From: Macrostomum lignano
Taxonomy: Eukaryota
Reading direction: 5' to 3'
Assembly (NCBI GenBank): GCA_002269645.1
Contig: NIVC01000819.1
Span: forward strand, 124,001-188,000
Length of the DNA stretch: 64,000 bases
This document shows, piece by piece, positions 22,515-33,787 of this stretch. The notes beneath the pieces were generated by a model. The model worked only from the letters and a program-made list of their open reading frames with translations, was not told where the DNA came from and did not search any database. Position 1 is the stretch's first letter. Every line of letters starts with the position of its first letter. The translations under genes and the position numbers were made by a program.

Positions 22515-23395
22515 AACCAAGCTTTAGACTAAATATATATTTTGGAAACCGTAATTTTTAGCTTTTCCTGCCACCAAAATTAACAATTTTCTTTAACAAA
22601 AGAAAATGTTAGTTCATTAGTTGTTTTTTTATTCTTCGTGTTTGCATCGTATATTTTTGCAACTTTAAAAAATTAAGCAAAAACAAACAATATTTTTGCA
22701 TATTTGGCATAGCTTATTTGCATTTGGCAAAAATAAGCTATTAATCTACTAAATCAAAATTTTTAATTTATGATTCTATATAATTTTTATTAATAAGTTT
22801 AATAAAAAAATTAGTAATAGAGTTTAGCCTGTATTTTAACTTTGTGTATAAAAAACGATAATTAGTATAGAGCTGATTCGAAAACGTCAAACTCGACGTA
22901 TATCTAGAGGCTTTTCATATTACCGATTCCAGAATCAGAATCGGTTCGGATCTTCCAAGAAAAACAGCAGTATAACTATTTAATTCTGTTGAATGTTTGA
23001 TTGCCTTAACAACCTCACTTAGCACAATTTTTCGCTTTCTTCTTGGCGATTGTCATTCAATAATAAAAACTTTATAGCACGTATCTCCCTCTAGTTATGG
23101 AGACAAAAAGTTATACTTCACAAATTGGTTCTGGTTCTGGAACCAGAACAAGCAATATGAAAAGGCCCCTATTCGACACTAGACGTACGACATAGACAGT
23201 ATCAAATACTATGTACATCAAATACTATATGCATCATTTTTTAGCACAAGTGGTAAAGTAAATCATGTCGTCTTTAAATTTAAAACACTGCTGCTATTTT
23301 GTTTTTAAGATTATTTATTTGATATATCAAGCACAAGGTAACTATTTCGTATTTACTGGCTTTGCCTTTAACCCTAGGAAGTATTTGAAGGCCAT

Positions 23396-23745
23396 TTTTT
23401 TATTAGAGGCAGGGGGGTTGTGTGCACCCTGGCACAAGGCACAATGTTCACATAGGCGACATAGGCACACAACTGGCGAGAGGCATTACTGCCCATTCCG
23501 CCGACTCCCCTGAGCAGGCACACAAGCGCGCAGATATGTACGCAGGCACACACTCACACAGGAGTGTACAGTGGCATATACACTTTACTGCACCTTGGGG
23601 GGTTGGCTCTCAAGGCCGTTAATTGCACAAGCAGAGCCAAGCCGAGATTCCAATTCTGCCCCAAATTAATGTGACTGCACTTGGAATCGAGCCTGGGTCG
23701 CTGGCACACCAGAGCCTGCGATAGACTGCTGGGCTATAGCCCCCA
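23396..23745 (-). mobile_element. tRNA-derived SINE, copy 1 (~350 bp)
   Basis: Minus-strand head GGGGCTATAGCCCAGCAGTC...CAGCGACCCAGGCTCGATTCCAA. Tail CCTCTAATAAAAAAA. The 13-bp TSD ATTT(G/C)AAGGCCAT (23383-23395 / 23746-23758) has one mismatch. Closely similar to 52165-52531. Confidence 0.85.
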
Positions 23746-24859
23746 ATTTCAAGGCCATATATTACATTTAAAAGTATTTAGAATGTACCTTCATTTCCAT
23801 TTTTAATTATTATTTATTTTAGGTTTTGACTTGCTTACTATTCCAATTTTTACTGCTTGATAAAATATTTTTTGATTCTTGAGTAAGTCCTGGAGTCAAT
23901 TTAAATTTTAATCATCATCTGCTCAACTCTAGCCTCTAGGTACAAGATACTAAACTCAATAAATTTTGTACTTACTATACAGGCTTTTCTAGGCATTGTT
24001 TAGCCTAATTTTAGTATTATAATGAAATGATGAATGATATGATATAATATTGATAAATATGATATGACAAATGATATAAGTGTAGGGACTGATAATTGGC
24101 AGTTGTTATTTATTATTATTATAGTGACTATATAAACTATAAAAAATATTTCAAAGATATTTCAATTCCTAATTTAATTACATTAAAATTATTTCATTTG
24201 TATTTTAGACTTATAATATTTTCATTTAGTATATTAGAAGATAAGCAACTTGATAAATATCAAGAAATCAAGAAATGTATATTTTTTGTTTGTTTGCTGA
24301 AATTTACTCTAAAGTTTTTAATTTGTCCTTGGACCTTCCTAGCACCCTAGTCTATTCTTTATATTCCCCTTTGTCTTCTTTTTGATATGCCTATATTATA
24401 TGCTTTGCTTAGCCATAACAAGAGCCAGTTAGCATGACTTGCTATTTTCCTATTCAGTAAAGTGAGAAAAGGTATTGGCCTTATTGCCTATAGATATAGG
24501 CTATCAAGTTACATTTGTTTTGCTTTAATATAAATTAGAAAATAATAAATAATAATTTTATATAATAAGCAAATTTATTCAATTATCTTCATCTTACTGC
24601 TCCAATCATGTGATTGTGCAAGAACTTGATTGGACTTGACTATCCAAAGTCTTGAGTCTGACTGACTTTTATAGGCCTGTGCCAAAGCGCAATGTCTGGC
24701 ACTCATGGACTGTCAAGTCAGCTTGACAGAGAAATTCCAAACTGTTCTGACTCTCAGCGGCTAGGAACTGGCGATGGGAACCGGAAGAAGAGGTCAGTAA
24801 ATACCAGTATATTCATAGTTACATCATTTTCATTATATTATAAGTTTTTTCTTCTCTCC

Positions 24860-25015
24860 AGGATTCGAACCCCTGTCCACCCACTTAGACAATGGTTGCT
24901 GATACCAATGGGCTATTTTAATCTGGGTCTGTCAGAATTTATTTCCATCTGACTACGTCTCGAACCCCCGTCCTTCCGGGTGGAGGTCAAGCGCGGTTGG
25001 CAGTAGGCCATGCAA
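24860..25015 (-). other. Two short degenerate tRNA/SINE-head-like relics
   Basis: Minus strand: TAGCCCATTGG...GGGGTTCGAATCCTG (~24860-24915) and GGCCTACTG...CCTCCACCCGGAAGGACGGGGGTTCGAG (~24955-25010). The evidence is the B boxes only. Confidence 0.3.
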
Positions 25016-25079
25016 ATCCCCAGTCGTTCAGAGTTGCAGCCGCACTATAAACTATTAATTTGTTTTCGCCACCTTAAAG

Positions 25080-28000
25080 ACGGCAACTGCAGCGCCTGCG
25101 ACAAGCGGCGGACGCCGAAGAGGACGAGCTGAAACGGCGCGAGGCCGCCCTCGCTCTGCGCCGTCAACGGCTGCTGGAAGCCACTGAGGGCTTGCAAAGG
25201 CAGCAGCAGCGGGTGCGCAGCCTGTCGGATGTCGCCAGCGCCAGGAGCGACAATGCTGAGCACTGGGAGCTTTGTGAGTCTGTCTCAGTGCCTGTCTGCT
25301 GTTTTAGTGTCTGCCTGTCCTAGTGTGTGTCTGCCTGTCCTAGTGTGTGTCTGCCTGTCCTAGTGTGTGTCTGCCTGTCCTAGTGTGTGTCTGCCTGTCC
25401 TAGTGTGTGTCTGCCTGTCCTAGTGTGTGTCTGCCTGTCCTAGTGTGTGTCTGCCTGTCCTAGTGTGTGTCTGCCTGTCATACTGTGTGTCTGGCTGTCC
25501 TAGTTTCTGTCTGTCTGTCTGTCTGTCTGTTTAATTCCCATAGTTTTTCAGTTTCCCCAATCCCCACAATTTCGCAGGGCAACCCAACAACTTAAATTCG
25601 GTTGGCCTGTTAAATGCCGGTCGCCTGGAAGACACGTGGCGCCTACTTAAAGTAGCGCCCGCGGTCGCTAAGGCGTCTCCAAGGCGACAGCGGCAGCGCA
25701 GTCGCGGTCATTCACCTAAACAGCAGCAGCAGCGGAGGGTGCACTCCTCCGCGCCTACTCGAGTCGAAGCGGTCAGTTTTGCCGAGAAATATCGACCGAA
25801 AAAAATGCACAAAACCCGCTGTTGCCAGGGACGCGGCTTGCTTGGCAACAGTACACCTGTTGACAGTGGCAATGATTGGGTCGGTCTGCGCGACTGGGAA
25901 ACTCAGCAGACAGCGCTGGCTCGCGTTGCTATGGAAACGGCAGTCAATAGCAGCGCAGCATTGATAAAGCCGGTTACCATGGAAACTAAAGTTAAACCAG
26001 TGCAAACTAAGCCTCTTGCAGTGGCAGCTGATAAACGTTTCAGAGCCAAACAGGTCACCTTTGCAACTGAGAACGCTGAGCCTGAAAATAAAACGGACTT
26101 TGAGCCCCCCGTTTCCATGGTGATTGAGTACAAGCCGCTGTCACCGAGCTCTCAGGCTGAGGCTCAAGATGCCGATGAGTCTGCGCCGGTGACCGTCCAG
26201 CCGCTCAGTTCGGTACCTGCGGTATCGACCGTTGCTGACGAGGCCTCAGCTGATGCGCCCGATGAGGCGCCTGACGATGCAGCCCGGGACCTCAGCAGCT
26301 CCATAGAAACCGCGGCTGCTGCGCTTGCTAAGCTGCCAACAGGCTCGAACTCGAAGCCGTCTCCAGTGTACACAACTGTCCCGCTGTCGGTTGCTAAGGC
26401 TGTTGCTGCATTCGATCCGCAACCGGCTGAAATTGGACTGGTTAAGCAGCAGCCCGTTGGCATAGCAACCAGGGAAGCGGAACCTGCTGCTCCGCCGGAG
26501 CGCAGGCGCAGCATTCTGAGGACCCCCGGCCGGCAGCAGCGCAAGAGCGTCCGGTTCGCCGACTCGGCGCTCGTCTCCACCAGCCACCAGCCGGTTGGTG
26601 CCGATGCTCGCGATGGTGATGATGAAGCTGATGGTGATGTCGAGCAGTGGGATGCTGCGCCCACGAGTTCTCCGTTGATCCCACCGCCGCCGCCTCCGCT
26701 GCAGCGGCCTCAGAGCCAGCAACAGCGGCAGTCAGCATCGCAACCGTCTCGCAGCCTCCTGATGCGGCGCCGACTGCTGGAAGCGAACATCCCGATGCTC
26801 ACCGAGCAGCGGCCGGCCGCCTCCGCCATCCTGCTGGCCGAGCGGCGCCGCTTCCTGACCGTCGGCCGGGCGGCGTCGCCGAGTCCGCCGAGTTCGGGTC
26901 CAGGTGAGCCGCAGCCAGCCGTGCGGGTGGTGCACCATCACTTCGGGCACCGGCCTGCGGGGCTCCGGCAGCAGCAGCAGCAGCAGCACTTCCACTCCGT
27001 CAGCTCGCATCAGCAGCGAAGGCAAGCGACTGCGGCTATCGCGAGGAAGCTGGAGGACTCCACTGTGGCCGGGTCTGCCGGCTCCATCGTGTTTCCTGGT
27101 GGGTGCTCACCATGGTTCCTCTATCCATTGCTGTTGTTTTAAATCTTGAAACCGTACCTCACCGCCCTGAACCCGTAGCTCACAGCCCTGAACCCATAGC
27201 TCAAAGCCCTGAACCCATAGCTCAAAGCCCTGAGCCCATAGCTCAAAGCCCTGAACCCATAGCTCAAAGCCCTGAACCCGTAGCTCAAAGCCCTGAACCC
27301 TTATCTCAAAGCCCTGAACCCTTATCTCAAAGCCCTGAACCCGTAGCTCAAAGCCCTGAACCCTTATCTCAAAGCCCTGAACCTTATCTCAAAGCCCTGA
27401 ACCCGTAGCTCACAGCCCTGAACCCGTAGCTCAAAGCCCTGAACCCATAGCTCAAAGCCCTGAACCCTTATCTCAAAGCCCTGAACCCGTAGCTCAAAGC
27501 CCTGAACCCATAGCTCAAAGCCCTGAACCCTTATCTCAAAGCCCTGAACCCTTATCTCAAAGCCCTGAACCCTTATCTCAAAGCCCTGAACCCATAGCTC
27601 AAAGCCCTGAACCCGTAGCTCAAAGCCCTGAACCCATAGCTCAAAGCCCTGAACCCTTATCTCAAAGCCCTGAACCCGTAGCTCACAGCCCTGAACCCAT
27701 AGCTCAAAGCCCTGAACCCGTAGCTCAAAGCCCTGAACCCTTATCTCAAAGCCCTGAACCCATAGCTCAAAGCCCTGAACCCATAGCTCAAAGCCCTGAA
27801 CCCATAGCTCAAAGCCCTGAACCCATAGCTCAAAGCCCTGAGCCCATAGCTCAAAGCCATGAACCCATAGCTCAAAGCCCTGAGCCCATAGCTCAAAGCC
27901 CTGAACCCATAGCTCAAAGCCCTGAACCCATAGCTCAAAGCCCTGAACCCATAGCTCAAAGCCCTGAACCCATAGCTCAAAGCCCTGAACCCTTATCTCA

Positions 28001-29866
28001 AAGCCCTGAACCCGTAGCTCAAAGCCCAGAACTGTAGCTCAGTCCCAGCCCACTCTCCCATCAAATGCTCAAACTTTGTTTCTGTTCAGCCAGCATAAAC
28101 TCAAACTCGAATCCCAACTCGGATTGTTCACCAAACTCGCAGCCCCACAGCCGCAGAAGGAATTTCTCAGGGTATCGAATTTCAGTCCAAGTGATGCCGG
28201 CGACTCCAGCGGTAAAATGCCAAGTCTTGGAAGGCTTGCTGAAAAAATCAATAACTGCTTTGTGTGCCTGCAAAATTAGACTAATTCAGTCTTTAGTCTC
28301 CTAGCCGGCCGTGTAAACTGTCTGTTTATTCGATTTCTTCAATGTTTAATCTTCATTTTATTGTCGGTGGGATAATATCCCAATCCATATTATCACAATC
28401 CATCCCAATCCACACTCAGTGGGATAATATCCCAATCTACACCCAATGGGATCATATCCCAACCCACACCCAGTGGGATAATATCCCAAAAATCCACACC
28501 CAGTGGGATAATATCCCAAAAATCCACACCCAGTGGGATAATATCCCAAAAATCCACATCCAGTGGGATAATATCCCAATAATCCACACCCAGTGGGATA
28601 ATATCCCAAAAATCCACATCCAGTGGGATAATATCCCAAAAATCCACAGCCAGTGGGATAATATCCCAAAAATCCACACCCAGTGGGATAATATCCCAAA
28701 AATCACAGCCAGTGGGATAATATCCCAAAAATCCACACCCAGTGGGATAATATCCCAATCGAAAGCCAGATTCTTCAGTGGATTAACACTAATTCAAAAA
28801 AGAAACATGGGAATATTGTGACGTGTTCTAATCGTTAATCCGAACTTTTTCTGTCTTAAAAATTATAATTCTACATTTGCTATTCTTTAGTGCTTTTAGT
28901 CAAAACTATGTACTTGTTGAAAAAAATACTTACTATAATTCGCGTAATATCTATAGTCACTTAAAATATACAGTAATAATATTTCTAAATTATTGATTCA
29001 TTCGTAATGATCCAATTTGTGCAATCGGAAGCTAACTGTAAAATTTGGGATTTCATCAGTCATTCCTCCTTCCCTGCAGGCCTGTCACCCTCGGCCAGCC
29101 CACGCAGCGCGCAGTCACTGAGCCTTTCGCATCCCAGCATCCGGGTTCTGCATCAGCGAGAGCCCGCCGCCGCTGTTCGGGGTGAGTCTGCCCTTCCTTT
29201 CATCTCCCACCCTTCCCATTCCCTTCATCTCACATCCTTCATTCCCTTCATCTCTCACCCTTCCTTCTTTTCATCTCACACACTTCCAATTCCCTTCAAC
29301 TCCCACCCTTCCAATTCCCTTCATCTCACACCCTTCCCATTTCCTTCATCTCACACCCTTTCCATTCAATTCATCTCACACCCTTCCATTCCCTTCATTT
29401 CCCACCCTTTCCATTCCCTTCATCTCTCACCCTTCCATTCCCTTCATCACACCCTTCCCATTCCCTTCATCTCACATCCTTCATTCTTTCCATCTCACAC
29501 ACTTCCCACTCCCAAATCTCCCACCCTTCATCTCACACCCTTCCATTCCCTTCATATCACACCCTTTCCATTCCCTTCATCTCACACCCTTTATTTCCTT
29601 CATCTCACACCCTTCCTTCTTTCCATCTCACACCCTTCATTCCCTTTATCTTACACCCTTCCCATTCAATTCATCTCACACCCTTCCATTCCCTTCATTT
29701 CCCACCCTTTCCATTCCCTTCATCTCTCACCCTTCCCTTCCCTTCATCTCACACCTTCCATTCCCTTCATCTCACAGCCTTCTTATTCCCTTTATCTCAC
29801 AACTGCATCATGATCCCCTGTTGAATTGCAGCCGGCGCACCTCCGGCGGAGCTGTGCAATTTCTAA
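25080..29866 (+). CDS. Unknown protein with coiled-coil and long low-complexity region (5' exons not located)
   Basis: Phase-consistent exons: 25080-25273 (RQLQRLRQAADAEEDELKRREAALALRRQRLLE..), 25578-27098, 29080-29181, 29832-29866 (AGAPPAELCNF*). All have AG/GT borders. A possible extra exon starting at about 28091 is unresolved. No family recognised. Confidence 0.6.
25310..25530 (+). repeat. Intronic 20-bp minisatellite TAGTGTGTGTCTGCCTGTCC ending in (TCTG)n
   Basis: Visible array within intron 25274-25577. Confidence 0.9.
25925..26124. promoter_or_regulatory. Cluster of RFX X-box motifs inside a coding exon
   Basis: GTTGCTATGGAAAC (25925-25938) and GTTACCATGGAAAC (25973-25986) match the GTHNYY-AT-RRNAAC consensus. 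GTTTCCATGGTGAT (26111-26124) is a partial match. Half-sites lie near 25820-25850. Confidence 0.5.
27165..28030 (+). repeat. Intronic 21-bp minisatellite AGCTCAAAGCCCTGAACCCAT
   Basis: Visible array following donor 27099. Confidence 0.95.
28400..28760 (+). repeat. 30-bp minisatellite CAGTGGGATAATATCCCAAAAATCCACACC containing the palindrome GGGATA-A-TATCCC
   Basis: Visible array. Confidence 0.9.
29190..29800 (+). repeat. Intronic pyrimidine-rich degenerate repeat (CCCTTCCATT/CATCTCACA)
   Basis: Fills intron 29182-29831. Confidence 0.85.
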
Positions 29867-30911
29867 GAAACAAAAAACTCGCTCGTCAGCCTTTCAGTCC
29901 GAGAGAATTTCTTTTCTGCGCTAATTTTAAATTTTCTAAGATTTTTTTGTACTTTACACTTTCCCTATTCTGTCCTGTATTATCCTGTAACAATAGTCGA
30001 TGACCGCCGCCTCCTGCTTTGATACTCTAATTTCTTTGCCGCACACACTGGCTGTGACCGCCTCTGGTTTTAATTTTCCTAGTTTAGTGCAAGTCGAATT
30101 ATCATATCTCCCGATCTTCCTGTAATCTGATATCTAAAAGCAAACTGCTGACTGCTAATGCCGTTTTGATTTCATAGAGAAGCCACCTCTACCAGCTATC
30201 CTATCAGGTTTATTACTTGCATCGAATTTTCCAATTTTATTTTCGCCTAATTTGCTTTTTTCTTGAGCTTAGATTAGAAGCCGCCTTTTCTACAGAGATT
30301 TTTCCAGTGTTTTGCTGCATTTTCTGCTATTTTGATAAACTGCCTGTCCTCTTTGCTTTGCGCTCTCTACAACTGTTCGTTTTGATATGCTTAGCAGCAA
30401 ATTGTTGCAAATAGTTCGCAGTTTAGTGCTCCTTTAAACTCACAGATTTCACGGGCTTTGGAAACAAAAGCTTTTCATTCGATGTACACGTGTTTCTAAA
30501 AATAGAACGCAACTTATCATTCGGTGTACACGTGTTTCTAAAAATAGAACGCACAGGAGTCTCTGTTCTGCTCTGTCTCTGTTCGAGTCGCTTGTTTCTA
30601 AAAATAGAACCTGTGGAATTCCATATCAATGTACACATTCTGCTATAAATAGAACAACCTTGACAATACTTTTTGAAGACTGTTTATTTTATGAGGAAAC
30701 CATATTTCTTCCTACATGTTTCCTATCGGTTAAAATTAATAATGGTTAACAACGCGGTTAGAAAGCATCCACTGTTATAAAAAATACAAATTTTATGCTT
30801 GTTTGATATTCTATAGCCTTCAAATACAAATTCTTGATAGATTTTTTAGATAACGATTTTTGCTTTCAAATTCTTTTGCTTTCTGACGATATTTTAAGTT
30901 CGCTGGGATGA

Positions 30912-31234
30912 AATCATGTGACCAGAACCCCTGCGTATCACGTGACCTACAGTCCCTTGCTTTAGATTTGACTCACTTGTAATTAATCACGTGACAAATA
31001 TCCAATAGAGTCCGTATAGAAGTTTAATTAGTCACGTGACTAGAACCCAAACAGAGTTTTGTTAAAAAATCTAATTGGTCACGTGACTAGAACTCACTGC
31101 GTATCACGTGACCTAGCGTCCCTATTTTAGAATTGTTTGCAGATTTTAATTTAGTCACGTGATTTTTGAACTCGCTTGTAATCTGTTTGGTCCCCTGTCC
31201 AGTCTGGGGTCAGCAATCCAGGCAGTCACGTGAC
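30912..31234. promoter_or_regulatory. Cluster of 7 TCACGTGA E-boxes (CLEAR/USF-like) upstream of BBIP1
   Basis: GTCACGTGAC at 31031, 31078 and 31225. GTCACGTGAT at 31154. ATCACGTGAC at 30937, 30986 and 31103. CATGTG variant at 30915. Confidence 0.5.
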
Positions 31235-31304
31235 TGAGCGCGTGTCTCTTATCTTCAATCGCCACCTGATGCATGACAAACATAGCGCCCCGGCCTCTCA
31301 TGCA

Positions 31305-31553
31305 ATGATGGCCAGCAGCAAGCAGCAGCAGCAGCAGCAGTTGTCGCAGAAAGACGCTCTGAAGCCGGTCCTGCCGCAGCACGGAATGCTGTTCCAGGAG
31401 CACATTCCCTCCGCTGTGCTGTGCAAGCCCAAGCTGCTGCCATTGAAGTCTTTCACCCTTGAACGGCTGGAGTTGCTGCAGAGAGACGCGGAGGAGACTG
31501 TGAAACGGCTGCAGCTCGAGGAGACTGGAGGCGGGCCCGGCGATGGCCGGTGA
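31305..31553 (+). CDS. BBIP1: BBSome-interacting protein 1 (BBIP10/BBS18), single coding exon
   Basis: VLPQHGMLFQEHIPSAVLCKPKLLPLKSFTLERLELLQ matches the BBIP1 signature VLPKQG.LF.E.....VLCKPKLLPLKS.TLEKLE. The start is ATG 31305 or 31308. Confidence 0.88.
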   Translation: MMASSKQQQQQQLSQKDALKPVLPQHGMLFQEHIPSAVLCKPKLLPLKSFTLERLELLQRDAEETVKRLQLEETGGGPGDGR

Positions 31554-32234
31554 CAGACTGGGCTGTCAGCTTTCACATGCCAAAAATAGACTGCAATACT
31601 GCAATAATGCTACTAGTGGCTAGTTCTGTTAGTAGTATATTAAACACAAGTTCAAGCCCAGCTTTATCATTCCGGCACATTATATTCTGCTGATATTTTT
31701 CATTCGTGAGCACTCCACTTATTGAGAACGGCACTAACTGAAATAAATATTCCTGTTCATTTTGCTAAATATTGTACATTATTAGGCGTTGTGACTTTCT
31801 AATATGTTTTTCTGCATTTGAGAATATTTGACCGAATATTAGAGAACTGGTTTCCAATTTAGTTTGTGGGTCTGTTGGCACTGCCATTCGCTCACACGGG
31901 GTGTTCAGTTGTTTTGACAGTCTCATCGATAGACATGTACACAATTTTTACCATGATGTTGGCACTCAACACAAACACCAAGCCATTTTTTGAACAATTC
32001 CCAAATTAAATTGTATGGCTGCGTACCGAATCGAACTTTGGTTAGCATTTTTCTACGAGCAACCAACCAACCAATCGAGCAACGATACCCTATTTGCATA
32101 TTTGATCAACTGGGGCAGTAAGACAGGCGCTAAGTCTACTCACAGCTGTGTACATTGCAGTCACGTGACCCACGTCGCGCCGGTACATTGTGTCAGTAAA
32201 ATTGAGCAATTAGACCAACCAAAGCAATCCTTGG

Positions 32235-32630
32235 GCAGGCCCCGCGGAGTCGCCCCCTTCCTAAAGTGTACAGTGGCCCCGCGGAGTCGCCCCTACCCCA
32301 AAGTGTACAGTGGCCCCGCGGAGTCGCCCCTATCCCAAAGTGTACAGTGGCCCCGCGGAGTCGCCCCCACCCCAAAGTGTACAGTGGCCCCGCGGAGTCG
32401 CCCCCACCCCAAAGTGTACAGTGGCCCCGCGGAGTCGCCCCCACCCCAAGGATTTTTTTGGAATTTATTTAATTTTTTTGTTTTTTTTATTTTTGTTTGT
32501 TAAATCCACGGTACAGTGGCCCTGCGGAGTCGCCCCCACCCCAAAGTGTACAGTGGCCCCGCAGAGTCGCCCCCTCCCCAATGTACAGTGGCCCCGCGGA
32601 GTCGCTCCCACCCCAAAGTGTACACTGATA
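32235..32630 (+). repeat. 37-bp minisatellite CAGTGGCCCCGCGGAGTCGCCCCCACCCCAAAGTGTA (interrupted by an AT-rich spacer)
   Basis: Visible array upstream of the TRIM-NHL-like gene. Confidence 0.9.
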
Positions 32631-32856
32631 TTTCGCCCTTTTCGCGCATTGCATTGCAGCCTAAATGTAGTTAATGTTGATCGAATTTTATACAATGGTA
32701 CAATTTCAGATCAATGGTCACGCCAGTCGAAGCCATCTCCTGGTAGTCCAAGAGAGGGACCTGTGTGGGATGTCTTGGCGCCTCTAGTCGACCGGTTCGA
32801 TAATTTATCGCAGCTTTACTTCCGGTGGGTCAGCGCTGCAAACCGTCGAGTCTCGA

Positions 32857-33728
32857 ATGGCGTCGAGGCGTCTACGAGATCAGCGCCCGGTCTCTGACAG
32901 CAGCGACTCGGACAACAATGAGTCCGCCGATGCTGAGCAACCCGCCACGCCCGTCCAGTGCTCAGTGAAGCTGTGCCACGCTGCATCAGTCGGCCGTGGC
33001 CCGTACAACAAGCTGCTACTCTGCCAGCGGCATCTCGCCCCGGACATCGCTAAAGTGCGCCAGCTGAGGGCCTCGGTGCTGGAGCGGGCCGTGGCAGCCA
33101 TCGCTTCCGCTGAAGCCGTTCGTCCCAAGCAGCTGCGGCTGGCCACGGAGCTGCAGCAGCTCACCGACGTCTTTGACGAGCTGCACAGCGCCCTGGACAG
33201 CTGGCAGGAACGGCTGACGGCTCCCGTGAAGGCGCAGCATGATGCGCTGGTGGAGTCGCTGCAGGTTAGCGTTTGGCTGACTGACAGTCTGTTGTATCCC
33301 CGAACCCTGGGAATACGGTAGGGTGCACACGGTACAGGACAAGTAACACGGGCCATTGCTCGCTTGCAGATACGTAACTTCACTCGTAGGTCCGGAGGAT
33401 TTTGGTGCTGTATTTCTCATTATTGGACGGGGATAAATTGTGCCTTTGCAATTGGCGACCGTCCTTACGTCGAGCCGGCGAGAGTCAACCAATCACAGCA
33501 CGCAAAGCCAAACAAAGAGCGAGAGACAAGAGAGAGACTACCCGAATAGTCGGCGCTCGCGTAGGGGAGGCTGCAAGCCCTCCAAGCAACCACAACCCCC
33601 GGCAGCCAATCACATCGTGAGAAGAAGAGAGAGAAGCTGTGCCAGCTGCCCGACCCAGCCATCAGCCCCCCTCCCCGCAGACAGACAGGCAGACAGACAA
33701 ACAGGCAGGCAGGCAGACAGACAGACAC

Positions 33729-33787
<59 letters not shown>

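Noticed and set aside
27103-29813. SPEPIAQ, HTQWDNIPKI and PFISHP repeat proteins
   Set aside because: Intronic minisatellite translations lying between valid donor and acceptor sites.
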